Shown: positions 20,672 to 30,627 of the stretch, piece by piece | Layout of the letters: each line of letters begins with the position of its first letter | Numbering within the stretch: the stretch's first letter is position 1 | Origin: an uncultured archaeon | Lineage (GTDB): Archaea; Aenigmatarchaeota; Aenigmatarchaeia; CG10238-14 | Direction of reading: 5' to 3' | DNA length: 64,000 bases | Assembly: GCA_964372465.1 (NCBI GenBank) | Contig: CAYJRA010000001.1 | Location: 21,845-85,844 of the forward strand | Position numbers and translations under genes: made by a program | Notes under the pieces: model-generated | Databases searched by the model: none | What the model was told of the DNA's origin: nothing | The model's input: only the letters and a program-made list of their open reading frames with translations

Positions 20672-21643
20672 TTACCTTCTATACCATCCGTTTCTAAAAA
20701 ACATAAATAAACCCATGGTCCAACCAAACACCCATGCAATAGTTCTTATAACAAGAATGCCAGAAACTATAGGTATATCATCAATCTCTTTAGATATTTT
20801 TATGATATCTCTTAAATATAAGAAAAATAAAGAAAACATGGATAGTAAAGTTATTTTAATAAAAAAATTGTTGAAAAGCGATAAAAATAAAGAAAATACT
20901 AAAAGAAAGGCAAATCCTAATGTGAAAGCCATAGAGGTCGTAGAAATGTTGTCTCCAAAGATTTTTCCTTTGTGTTTCCAATATAAAAACACATTAATTA
21001 AGGCATTGTTAAATTGCTGTTTAAAAAAACTAGACCAAGAAGGTCTATGGTAATGATATACTATTGCATCTGGAATGAATTTCATTTTACCTATTTTAGT
21101 AAGTCTATATCCAAAATCTGACTCCCAAGACCAAATAAATCTCTCATCAAACATGACTTTCCTAGCAGTTTCAGCACGAACACATAAATTCATATCTGGT
21201 CCTCTAAAAACAAATTCAGGTGAACTTTTGAATCTAAATTCCAGCTCTCTCCCTATGATTTTTTGAAATTTGTTTAGATTCTTAGGTGTTGCACAATACC
21301 CTGTCGTAGCTATTATATCACCAGAAGTAAAGCCTGACAGTAATTTATTTAACCAGTCTTTTCTAACAACACAATCAGCATTCGTATATGCTATAAAATT
21401 ACTTTTTACTAATTTTATTATTTCATTATGTAGTTTTGGAACTGTCCCTGACATTCTATCTAGGAAAATTTTTTTATTATATCGTCTCAATATACCATAT
21501 GTTCCATCATTAGACATATTATCGATAACAAAAATTTTCTTGTTTTTATAGTCCAAATTAAGTAAAGAATCAATACACTGTTTTATTGTAAATTTAGCAT
21601 TTTTTACTGGAACAAATATTGAAACTGTCGGTCTTTTTATCAT
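20672..21643 (-). CDS. Glycosyltransferase, GT2 family with C-terminal TM helices
   Basis: VSIFVPVKNAKFTIKQCIDSLLNL, VIDNMSNDGT, YTNADCV. Confidence 0.75.
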   Translation of the reverse strand: MIKRPTVSIFVPVKNAKFTIKQCIDSLLNLDYKNKKIFVIDNMSNDGTYGILRRYNKKIFLDRMSGTVPKLHNEIIKLVKSNFIAYTNADCVVRKDWLNKLLSGFTSGDIIATTGYCATPKNLNKFQKIIGRELEFRFKSSPEFVFRGPDMNLCVRAETARKVMFDERFIWSWESDFGYRLTKIGKMKFIPDAIVYHYHRPSWSSFFKQQFNNALINVFLYWKHKGKIFGDNISTTSMAFTLGFAFLLVFSLFLSLFNNFFIKITLLSMFSLFFLYLRDIIKISKEIDDIPIVSGILVIRTIAWVFGWTMGLFMFFRNGWYRR

Positions 21644-22200
21644 TTAATCACTTCTAATTCCACGTACATTTCTCCTGCCGGAATAAGTCTACATAAAAAC
21701 TTTTCATAAAATTTATGGTTTATATTCATAAATGGATAAAATAAAATATTAAAAAATTTAAATTTTGATAATTTTCTAACAAAATATAATTCAATTTTCT
21801 TTAATCTAAATTTTTCATTTATAAATTGATTTTCTTTATTTTCAAATGTAAAATGTAAAAACGTATTAACAGTAAAATACCTAACATGACCTATATGACC
21901 GAAGGCTGACATATCTGAAGCATGTGGTGTCCATATTCTTAATATACCGTGAGGTTTAGATACTCTATGTATTTCTGACATTAAAAAAAATAAGTTCTCA
22001 ATATGTTCTAATATATGACTGGCTATTGTTTCATTAAAAACATTGGATTTGAATGGCAATGAACAAGATTCTAAATCTGATATAACGTCAGTATTTTTAG
22101 AAAAAAATTTATCTAAACCAAATATTGTGTCTTTAGAATTTCCAGAATTGTATTTATTTAATCCGCAACCTATATCAAGAATTTTGATTCCTATCACCAA
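21640..22200 (-). CDS. Class I SAM-dependent methyltransferase
   Basis: ILDIGCGLNKY; LPFKSNVFNETIASHILEH. Confidence 0.65.
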   Translation of the reverse strand: MVIGIKILDIGCGLNKYNSGNSKDTIFGLDKFFSKNTDVISDLESCSLPFKSNVFNETIASHILEHIENLFFLMSEIHRVSKPHGILRIWTPHASDMSAFGHIGHVRYFTVNTFLHFTFENKENQFINEKFRLKKIELYFVRKLSKFKFFNILFYPFMNINHKFYEKFLCRLIPAGEMYVELEVIK

Positions 22201-23326
22201 CTAAATTAATATATATTTCTTCAGTTTTTTTACTTGTTTTCTCCCAATTAAAACTGGAAGCATACTTTATACCGTTAGCTCCGAGTGTTTTTCTTAGTTT
22301 TTTGTTGTAAACCAATTTAAGTATGTTCTCTGTTAAATCATCAACATTCCTCGACCTTACTATTAATGCTGTTTTATTGGGCAAAACCGCATTAGTTTTT
22401 TCTAAAATAGTAGAAGCTATAACAGGCTTCCCACATGCACCTGCCTCCAAACAGGTCAAGCTTAATCCTTCAGTATCAATACTGGGTAAAATAAAAATGT
22501 CTGATGCCTTGTACCACGATGGCATTTCATTAAATGGGACTGAATTTACAAAAATTATTTTATTCGATAATTTAAATTTGCTAATTAAATTCAATAATTT
22601 TTGTTTATATCCATGATATATCTCATCACCAACTAAAATTAACTTAAAATTAGAAAATTTTTTATTTATATTATATAAAGATTCTATTAAATACTCCAGA
22701 CCCTTTTTAGGATAAAACATGCCTACAAACAAAATTAAAAATTCATTCTCTAAATGTAATCTTTTACGAACGTCACTTTTAACATTTGGGTTGAATTTTT
22801 TAATATCTATACCATATGGTATGACTTTGATATTTTTTTCTGAAACGCCTAAAAATTTAACCATTTGATTCTTAACTCCAGGACTTACAGTAATAACAGA
22901 ATTTGAAATTTTACAAACAAACTTTCTTAGAATACGCCTTGAAGCTCTACCAATCCAAGACCACTGTGGGTTGGACCTTATAAAACCTGTATCGTGTATT
23001 GTAGTCACTAAAGGTTTATTTTTTAAAAATTTAATAAAAATTCCTGATAGTCCTGACACCTCTGTATTTGCATGTATTATATCGAAATTTCGTTTTAGAG
23101 CAATTTTAATGGAATAGAAAATAAAATGCAAAAAAATAAGAAATCTACTATTTGTATTAGGTGGAACTATTTGTAATATGTCTTTCCGATTTTTTCTTTT
23201 TGAATTAAAATGAACAATACAAACAATTTCATGGTTTTTTATTATATGATCATATAATTCATTAATATACGTTTCTGTGCCCCCTATTGCGGGTTTAAAA
23301 CCTCTAGATATAAATAAAATTTTCAT
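22175..23326 (-). CDS. Glycosyltransferase, GT4 family
   Basis: MKILFISRGFKPAIGGTETY; EGLSLTCLEAGACGKPVIAS. Confidence 0.8.
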   Translation of the reverse strand: MKILFISRGFKPAIGGTETYINELYDHIIKNHEIVCIVHFNSKRKNRKDILQIVPPNTNSRFLIFLHFIFYSIKIALKRNFDIIHANTEVSGLSGIFIKFLKNKPLVTTIHDTGFIRSNPQWSWIGRASRRILRKFVCKISNSVITVSPGVKNQMVKFLGVSEKNIKVIPYGIDIKKFNPNVKSDVRKRLHLENEFLILFVGMFYPKKGLEYLIESLYNINKKFSNFKLILVGDEIYHGYKQKLLNLISKFKLSNKIIFVNSVPFNEMPSWYKASDIFILPSIDTEGLSLTCLEAGACGKPVIASTILEKTNAVLPNKTALIVRSRNVDDLTENILKLVYNKKLRKTLGANGIKYASSFNWEKTSKKTEEIYINLVGDRNQNS

Positions 23327-23803
23327 TTAATCACTTAATTTTTTAATAAAATATTTAATTTTCTTTACTATCAAACCTCTTTTGTATGGCTTAATTTTAA
23401 GGTTTTTAGCCAATTCTATAGACTCTTCAAGCTTTTCTATATCATAAACACAAATTGCTTTTTTATCTCTTTCTAAAATTTCAGCTAATTGTAACTGATG
23501 ATTATCAGTATGTTCATTAAATTCCTTAAGACGTGGAACTATAATAATGGGTTTTTTATATCTTAAACATAATAAAACTGTACCTATACCACAATGAGAT
23601 ACAATAATTTTAGATTTTTTTATAATTTTTATAATTTTTTCATAAGAAATAAATTTATAGATGTTTTTTATATGTTGAGGTTTATAGTTTGAATAACCTA
23701 TCTGTAGAAGAAATTTATAATGCTTTTTTTTTGCTATTTTATCAATAGATTTTATTAATCTATCAAATGGCTGTTCATGTGTTCCAACAGTCACAAGTAT
23801 CAT
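23327..23803 (-). CDS. Alg13-like glycosyltransferase catalytic subunit (Glyco_tran_28_C / Cps14G-type)
   Basis: Start set at the ATG at 23803, which forms an ATGA overlap with the upstream stop. MILVTVGTHEQPFDRLIKSID...VSHCGIGTVL...NHQLQLAE is the typical Alg13/MurG C-terminal half. Confidence 0.65.
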   Translation of the reverse strand: MILVTVGTHEQPFDRLIKSIDKIAKKKHYKFLLQIGYSNYKPQHIKNIYKFISYEKIIKIIKKSKIIVSHCGIGTVLLCLRYKKPIIIVPRLKEFNEHTDNHQLQLAEILERDKKAICVYDIEKLEESIELAKNLKIKPYKRGLIVKKIKYFIKKLSD

Positions 23804-24252
23804 ATTAACAAACCACCATATTGAGCCTTTTTTCCGTAGTATTTCAGTAAATATTTCCATTGAACGAAAAACAAATCTGCAAATGGATATAATATTTTAC
23901 CAGTTATAGCTGGCTTAAATACCTGAGCAGAACATTCAGTGTATATTAACTTTGATCTAAACAAAAGCTTACCCAAAATAGAAATTGGAATCGTAACGCC
24001 AGCACCTGTTGATATAATTATTTTGGGTCTTTCTTTTAATAAAACCAAAAAAGATTTTAATATTATTCTAAAATAAACTAAAGGGTTACGCCTTGGATTA
24101 AATGTAAAATAAACTAAATACTTTTTTAAAGATCTTTTTATATGGTTAACATAAAATGTGAAAAAAAATATTTCATGATTTTTTAATTCAGACACTATCT
24201 GTAAAGCTTCCGCTAGATGTCCACCTGCGCTCGAAGATACACATATTTTCAT
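23800..24252 (-). CDS. Alg14-like membrane-anchoring subunit (Cps14F-type)
   Basis: MKICVSSSAGGHLAEALQI...IISTGAGVTIP...IYTECSAQV matches the Alg14 pattern. Translationally coupled to the Alg13-like ORF. Confidence 0.6.
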   Translation of the reverse strand: MKICVSSSAGGHLAEALQIVSELKNHEIFFFTFYVNHIKRSLKKYLVYFTFNPRRNPLVYFRIILKSFLVLLKERPKIIISTGAGVTIPISILGKLLFRSKLIYTECSAQVFKPAITGKILYPFADLFFVQWKYLLKYYGKKAQYGGLLI

Positions 24253-24319
24253 ATTCGCTACCACTCTTATATTTCATTCTATAATTAATAGTAAAGAAAA
24301 GGTTCTAAAGGGTGGTGTT

Positions 24320-25369
24320 TTGGTTAAAAATACATTAATTGTGTGTGATACAGATTTCGGCGGAATATTCAACTACGCAAAGCCATTATACGAAAAATTA
24401 AAGAATAATATAAATGTTGATTTTTATTATAGAAAGGGAGGGTTACTAAACAGAATACTATATTACACGAACTTAATAAAAAAAATAAATAGCGGGAAAT
24501 ATAAAAATGTTGACATACAAGCCTTAACTTGGCCTATTACACTACTTATAATATTTATTAAAAAAATGAATAACTCATTTAAATTTATATTTGATTCACA
24601 TGATGACCCATTAACTAGTAGAACAAAATATAGACCTATCTTCACAAGAAAGTATATTCTGAAAAATAGTGATATAATAGTTGTTCATTCGAAATATAAT
24701 GAAAGTATAGTAAATAGTTTAGGATTTAATAATACATTTTATATTCCATTGGGACCGTATATGGAAAATCCAAAAATTATATCTCAAAATAAAGCAAAAT
24801 CAAAGATAAAAGTGAAAAAATATGAAAAAATGTTATTGTTTTTCGGCATAATTACACCTGACAAAGGATTGGATGTAATTCTAAATTCGATGAAAATTAT
24901 AACTGATAAAGAAAAAAATATTTTACTTTTTATAGTTGGCCCAATAAAAAAAAATTGGATGGATTGGGATTACTACGAAAATATGATAAAAAAACTGAAC
25001 ATTGAAAAGTTTATAAAAACCAAATTAAAATATACGCAATTAAATGAACTCTCGCAATATATTTGTGCAAGTGATATAATAGTAATGCCATATAAAGAGA
25101 TAACAAATAGTTCTGTGCCTTTTGTTGCATATCAATTTAAAAAACCAATAATAGCAACAAATGTTGGTGGTATGAATGAGATAGTAATAAACAATAAAAC
25201 CGGAATATTAGTGGAAAGGGAAAATGAAATTGAATTGGCAAAAAGTATCCTGAAACTTATTAATAATAAGAAAAAAATGAAAATTTTAGGAGAAAACGGG
25301 TTTAAAATATTGAATACAAAATTTTCATGGAACACGATTTTAGAAAAATATAAATTAATCCTAAAGTGA
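24320..25369 (+). CDS. Glycosyltransferase, GT4/GT1-like
   Basis: TTG start in the track. GT-B C-terminal motif SSVPFVAYQFKKPIIATNVGGMNEIV. Confidence 0.7.
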   Translation: MVKNTLIVCDTDFGGIFNYAKPLYEKLKNNINVDFYYRKGGLLNRILYYTNLIKKINSGKYKNVDIQALTWPITLLIIFIKKMNNSFKFIFDSHDDPLTSRTKYRPIFTRKYILKNSDIIVVHSKYNESIVNSLGFNNTFYIPLGPYMENPKIISQNKAKSKIKVKKYEKMLLFFGIITPDKGLDVILNSMKIITDKEKNILLFIVGPIKKNWMDWDYYENMIKKLNIEKFIKTKLKYTQLNELSQYICASDIIVMPYKEITNSSVPFVAYQFKKPIIATNVGGMNEIVINNKTGILVERENEIELAKSILKLINNKKKMKILGENGFKILNTKFSWNTILEKYKLILK

Positions 25370-25373
25370 TAAC

Positions 25374-25913
25374 TTGGCTGAATTGAAATATCCAAAAAAT
25401 GAAATAAAATATTATTGGTCTTTTTTTAGTAAATGTAAAGTGGTTTTAGATGTTGGGTGTGGCAGCGGATGGTTTACAAAGTTTAAAGACAAAGCTATCG
25501 GTATGGATATAAATACAAAAGAATTTATTCGCGGTGATGTTAGAAGACTTCCATTTAAAAATTCTAGTTTTAATGGCGTATTTGCCTCGCATATAATAGA
25601 GCACACAAAAGACCCAAGTATATGTATCAAAGAATTTAAAAGAGTTTTAACAAAAAATGGAATCTTACTAATAAGGATACCTCAAGGAAAATACATGTAT
25701 CCGGAATCAGACCCTACGCACAAATTTATATTTACAAAAAATTTTTTGGAAGAAATGATAACGAAAAAAGGCTTTATAATACTTAAAATATGGCAAAGAC
25801 ATCAATTTAGAGGCATGTATAAGATATTCTCAAGGTTTGCCTTGCCTGTTGCCTTTTTATTAGGGAAGTTTTTGAAACCAACAGAGATATTATTATTGGC
25901 AAAATCTGATTAA
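25374..25913 (+). CDS. Class I SAM-dependent methyltransferase
   Basis: VLDVGCGSGWF; LPFKNSSFNGVFASHIIEH. TTG start; there is no in-frame ATG before motif I. Confidence 0.7.
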   Translation: MAELKYPKNEIKYYWSFFSKCKVVLDVGCGSGWFTKFKDKAIGMDINTKEFIRGDVRRLPFKNSSFNGVFASHIIEHTKDPSICIKEFKRVLTKNGILLIRIPQGKYMYPESDPTHKFIFTKNFLEEMITKKGFIILKIWQRHQFRGMYKIFSRFALPVAFLLGKFLKPTEILLLAKSD

Positions 25914-25914
25914 A

Positions 25915-26988
25915 ATGAAGATAGGCATTGTGACTGATTTCAAAATCGAAAGTGGTTTAGGAAGATACGCTTTCGAATTGTTTAAACATCTGAAAAATAC
26001 AGAATTGATTTACTTTGATTCTAAAAATACATCAAAAATGAAAAATATAAAAAATATAAAAAAGTTTAATTACCCTATTTTGAAAGATACACTAAATGAA
26101 ATGTTTTTTATACCAAATAAACTGAAAAATTTAAATAAATATGATGTATTACATGCATCTAATCAGTTTTTATCTGGAATAAACACAGGAACAAAAAGAA
26201 TAATAACTGTACATGACATTAATTCGTTATTTTGTAGCGATTTTAATCCAATAATAAACTATTTTCATAAAAAAATGTATGATAAAATAAAAATATTTGA
26301 TCAAATAATAACAGTATCTAAAAATACAAAAAAACAATTACAGGAATATTATAATCTTGATGATAAAATTGTAGAGGTTGTCTATGAAGGTGTTGACAGA
26401 AATAAATTCAAGCCAAGAAACAAAGAGGAATCCAGATCAAAATTAAAACTCCCATTTGATAAAAAGATAATATTACATGTTGGGTCAAGTTTAGGTAGAA
26501 AAAATATAGATGGATTGATAAAAATTTTCTATAAAATTAAAAAAATAGAAAAAAATAGTGTTCTTATCAGAATAGGAGATTTTAATAGTAAAATAAACAC
26601 GTTGATAAACAACTACAAACTCAACGATTCTATAATACAAGTAAACAATGTACCGGAAAATCTCCTTACATTATATTACAATTCCTCTGATTTGTTTATA
26701 TTTCCATCTTATTTCGAAGGTTTTGGTTTTCCGGTATTAGAAGCTATGGCATCTGGAATACCAGTAATAGCTTCCAACAGATCATCCATACCAGAACTTG
26801 TTGGGGACAAAAAATTTCTTTTTAATCCAGATAATATAGACTTATTTACAAAAACCTCTATTGAAATTTTATCAAATAATAATTTGCGTTATGATATGGT
26901 TAAAAAAAATCTTAAAAGGGTGAAAGAATTTGACTGGAAAATGGCAGCAAAGAAAACTTATAAAATGTATAAAAGGTGTTTAAATTAA
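25915..26988 (+). CDS. Glycosyltransferase, GT4 family
   Basis: EGFGFPVLEAMASGIPVIASNRSSIPELV. Confidence 0.8.
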   Translation: MKIGIVTDFKIESGLGRYAFELFKHLKNTELIYFDSKNTSKMKNIKNIKKFNYPILKDTLNEMFFIPNKLKNLNKYDVLHASNQFLSGINTGTKRIITVHDINSLFCSDFNPIINYFHKKMYDKIKIFDQIITVSKNTKKQLQEYYNLDDKIVEVVYEGVDRNKFKPRNKEESRSKLKLPFDKKIILHVGSSLGRKNIDGLIKIFYKIKKIEKNSVLIRIGDFNSKINTLINNYKLNDSIIQVNNVPENLLTLYYNSSDLFIFPSYFEGFGFPVLEAMASGIPVIASNRSSIPELVGDKKFLFNPDNIDLFTKTSIEILSNNNLRYDMVKKNLKRVKEFDWKMAAKKTYKMYKRCLN

Positions 26989-28484
26989 AAATAAATTTTA
27001 CAATAGTAATTATTTTTTTATTTTTCTTATTAATAAGATTGTTAATAACACAAGACTATGTTTGGGGGGCAGATGAGGGTACACATGTATTGATAGGATT
27101 TTTTATAAAAGACATAATAAATAATTTAAGGAATTTCAATTCTATACAAGATTTAACAAATTTTGCAACAAATTTTGTTGTAAGATATCCAAAAGTGACA
27201 CCGAGTTATCCACCAATCTATCATATGCTAATAGCAACAATTCTATTTTTCTCAGAAAATATTATTATACTAAGAATATTCAATATAACAATTTTATTAT
27301 CAACAACTTATGTAATATATCTTCTATGTAAAGAAATAGTGAAAGATGAAAAATACTCAATACTGGGAATTATAATTTTTTTAACTTTTTCTAGTATGTT
27401 TCATTATGCAGATAAAATAATGATGGATATTATACAAATTCTAGTATTTTCTCTATCTGTACTTTATTATATAAAATTAAAAAAAGAGAAGCAAGTAAAA
27501 AAAATAGAATACATAAAATTTGGGGTGCTTTTGGCAATTGCTATGCTAACAAAATTCTTTTCTTTGTTTCTTTATCCAATAATTTTCCTCGACTCGCTCT
27601 TATCTAATAGAAAATCATTAAAGCAAATCATAACAAGTTTTTTAGTTTCTGGAATAATATTACTACCATATGTATTTTTCGTTTTAAAATTTAAATTATA
27701 CAATCTAGTAATACATATTGCAACAACACCCTTTGGAAGTAAATTAAGATATTTTGATATATTTTTTAATTTTGGTCATTTTATTGGACCACTAGTTGGA
27801 ATGTCAACAATTTATTTTTTAGTAAAAAATTACAAAAATAGATTTTATTTTGTTTGGCTTTTTATTCCTTTAACAACTTTTATGTTATTTGCAGATGCAG
27901 ATCCGAGATTTGCGTTTATTTTAATGCCATTATACGTAATATCAACTGTTTTTTCAATAAAAGAACTTGTTAACAAAAACTGGAAATATAAAAAAATCAT
28001 AATTGTTGCATTATGTGCACTCATCTTATTACAAATAATAGAAAATATAAAAAATAATTACATAAAAGAAAAATATCCTATAAATGAAATTATGAATTCA
28101 ACTAAATCTGGAGGGAATGTATTAATACTGTCAGAGGAACCAATTTTTTCTTCGGTTTATGTTTTATATGGAAGAATAAACAAAATACAGGGAAATGTTA
28201 TAAGACCTTGTATTCTATGGGATAACAATATATCAAAGGATTTCCTAGATGAATGGGGCATAAATTATATTATTGACCAAGAAAATAGCTTGGGTGATAA
28301 GGACTTTAAAAAAAATGAAATTAAAAAGGTTTTTGAGAAAACTGTTAACAATAAAACATTCATTTTATACGAAAAAAATTTAACAAAGGCAGTAAAATGT
28401 AATTTTGTCTGTATACTAAAAGGTGAATTATGTGAAAATGACGGTCTTTCTGAAGTTATAAGACTAATATCTAATGTAAATTAA
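26976..28484 (+). CDS. GT-C-like polytopic membrane glycosyltransferase (PMT_2/ArnT-like)
   Basis: GTG start. First-loop motif WGADEGTHVLIGFF, parallel to FGDEGYH of 11397-13100. About 10 TM helices plus a C-terminal soluble part. Confidence 0.5.
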   Translation: MFKLKINFTIVIIFLFFLLIRLLITQDYVWGADEGTHVLIGFFIKDIINNLRNFNSIQDLTNFATNFVVRYPKVTPSYPPIYHMLIATILFFSENIIILRIFNITILLSTTYVIYLLCKEIVKDEKYSILGIIIFLTFSSMFHYADKIMMDIIQILVFSLSVLYYIKLKKEKQVKKIEYIKFGVLLAIAMLTKFFSLFLYPIIFLDSLLSNRKSLKQIITSFLVSGIILLPYVFFVLKFKLYNLVIHIATTPFGSKLRYFDIFFNFGHFIGPLVGMSTIYFLVKNYKNRFYFVWLFIPLTTFMLFADADPRFAFILMPLYVISTVFSIKELVNKNWKYKKIIIVALCALILLQIIENIKNNYIKEKYPINEIMNSTKSGGNVLILSEEPIFSSVYVLYGRINKIQGNVIRPCILWDNNISKDFLDEWGINYIIDQENSLGDKDFKKNEIKKVFEKTVNNKTFILYEKNLTKAVKCNFVCILKGELCENDGLSEVIRLISNVN

Positions 28485-29885
28485 TCATCTTGAAATTAAT
28501 GTTTCCCCATAATCTATAATACTGGTTCTTCTAAAAACAGTTATTCTGTCTTTATCTTCACAATAGTAAATTGAATTAATTCTTTCTGGATTACTACAAA
28601 ATTCATTTGTTTTGTTTATGTCGATATTATAATACAAATTGATTATCCATATTAATTCTTTGTCTTCAATTGAAACAAAAATTTGTTTGCTGTTTCTTTT
28701 ATTTAATATGTTATTTATATCGTTTAATATGTTATTTTCTTTGTTAAACATATACAACTGAACTAAAAAAGAAATCAAAATAAAGAAAATAAAGATAAAA
28801 TAAAAATATGTTTTAAAAAATATGTTTCTTAAATTTATAAATTTAGAAAGAAAAATACATAATATTGGAAATATTGGAAATACATATCGTGAAATATCTG
28901 AAAATGTAACCCTGAAAAAATAGTAGATAGCAAATACAAAAAATATAATAATAAAAGGTAATAAGTACATGTTTTTTTTGTAATTTTTATTAATGCTACA
29001 TAATATTAAAACAGTTATAGGAATCAGAAATACTGAAGCACAAACTTCTAGGAACAACATTAATTGATCAGATACATTCAATCTGGTGGAAACTCTATAT
29101 GAAGGTGGTATACCCCAAAAACTTAAATGACCAAAAAACAGTTTAGATAAAATTGGTCTTTGTTGATATGAATTAACTTCCTGCAACGTCCAAGGATCGT
29201 ATAATAAAGTACCTAATTTTAGATAGTTGTTATAAAACCAAAATCCTCCAACAACAAAAGAAAATACTGTGGCAAAAAATATATATTTTAGTTTAAAACC
29301 CTTGTTTTTTTCAAAAATTAATACGGACAAAATTGATGAAATCACTACTAAAATACCAGAAGATTTTGTTATTATAATTAAACCACAAATTATAGAACTA
29401 ATAAAATAGTTTTTATCAAAAAAAAGAAACCAAAGTAATAATAAAGTAAAAAATAATAATGGAAAATCCAGCATAACAGATGTTGATAAAAACATACTAA
29501 TTGGATACAATGAAAAAAGAGAAATGCAAAATATTTTTTCTTTTTTTGAAAATTTTAATTTGTCTAAAATTTTTAAGAAAACGATCAAAGAACCAAGAAA
29601 GAGAGAAAACTCAAATAATTTAGAAAAAACAAACCACAAAACAGACTTACCTAAAGATAAAGAAAACAATGAAGATAAAATATATAGGATTAGTGGTGGA
29701 TACCATATGAGATTATTAGCAAAAACATCAAACTTTGGTAAAGCATCACCTGTTATATATATGGTTTTGGCCGAGGCTAGGTATCTAATATCATCCCCAA
29801 ACCTGAAAGTTGGAGAGATCAGAAAAAACAATATTTTAAGAATAATAATAAAAAAAAACAGGTGATAAAGACTAATCTTTTTCAT
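28485..29885 (-). CDS. GT-C-like polytopic membrane protein
   Basis: First-loop acidic motif FRFGDDIRYLA. About 11 TM helices and a short soluble C-terminus. In an operon with the Dpm1-like GT2. Confidence 0.4.
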   Translation of the reverse strand: MKKISLYHLFFFIIILKILFFLISPTFRFGDDIRYLASAKTIYITGDALPKFDVFANNLIWYPPLILYILSSLFSLSLGKSVLWFVFSKLFEFSLFLGSLIVFLKILDKLKFSKKEKIFCISLFSLYPISMFLSTSVMLDFPLLFFTLLLLWFLFFDKNYFISSIICGLIIITKSSGILVVISSILSVLIFEKNKGFKLKYIFFATVFSFVVGGFWFYNNYLKLGTLLYDPWTLQEVNSYQQRPILSKLFFGHLSFWGIPPSYRVSTRLNVSDQLMLFLEVCASVFLIPITVLILCSINKNYKKNMYLLPFIIIFFVFAIYYFFRVTFSDISRYVFPIFPILCIFLSKFINLRNIFFKTYFYFIFIFFILISFLVQLYMFNKENNILNDINNILNKRNSKQIFVSIEDKELIWIINLYYNIDINKTNEFCSNPERINSIYYCEDKDRITVFRRTSIIDYGETLISR

Positions 29886-29894
29886 TTTTAATCA

Positions 29895-30587
29895 TCATAA
29901 CATATTAAATTTAACTTTAAGGAGAACAATCATATTATTTATGGCATCCTTCCAGTTTATTTTTTTACCTTCTTCTTTTGTTCTAGCTGAGTAGTTTATA
30001 GGCAACTCATATATATCATAACCATGTTTTATTATCTTTGCCGTGATTTCTGCCTCTATTTCGAATCTATCACTAAAAAGTTCTATATTTTTCAATACAT
30101 TTCTATGTATACACTTATAACAAGTTTCCATATCAGTTAAATTTGTATTAAATAAAAAATTGGTTAAAAATGTTAAAATCTTATTTCCTAACAATTGAAA
30201 AAATTTCATATTTTTATATTTTCCAATAAACCTACTCCCAAAAACAACTTTTTTTTTCCTATCAATAATAGGTTTTATTAAATATAAGATCTGTTTGGGG
30301 TTATATTCAAGATCTGCATCTTGTATAACTACTATATCACCATCTGATTTTTCTATTCCTTTTCTTATGGCGTACCCTTTACCTTTGTTTTTTTCATATG
30401 ATATAATTTTTAAGTTTTTAATTCTCTTTTTAAGTTTTTTTAATTCTTGGTATGTTTTATCAGACGATCCATCATTAACTATTATAATATCATTTTTTAT
30501 ACCATAATCATGAGAAGCTACTTGATCAATAATATTAGAAATAGTTTTTTCTTCATTATAGACTGGTACTATAATAGATAGCTTCAT
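29895..30587 (-). CDS. GT2 polyprenyl/dolichyl-phosphate sugar synthase (Dpm1-like)
   Basis: LSIIVPVYNEEKTI, IVNDGSSDKT, VIQDADLEYNP, and a soluble 230-aa size typical of Dpm1/GtrB-type enzymes. Confidence 0.75.
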   Translation of the reverse strand: MKLSIIVPVYNEEKTISNIIDQVASHDYGIKNDIIIVNDGSSDKTYQELKKLKKRIKNLKIISYEKNKGKGYAIRKGIEKSDGDIVVIQDADLEYNPKQILYLIKPIIDRKKKVVFGSRFIGKYKNMKFFQLLGNKILTFLTNFLFNTNLTDMETCYKCIHRNVLKNIELFSDRFEIEAEITAKIIKHGYDIYELPINYSARTKEEGKKINWKDAINNMIVLLKVKFNML

Positions 30588-30627
30588 TAAGAGGTATTTA
30601 AAAATTTAAGCTTTTAAAGTCAATAAC

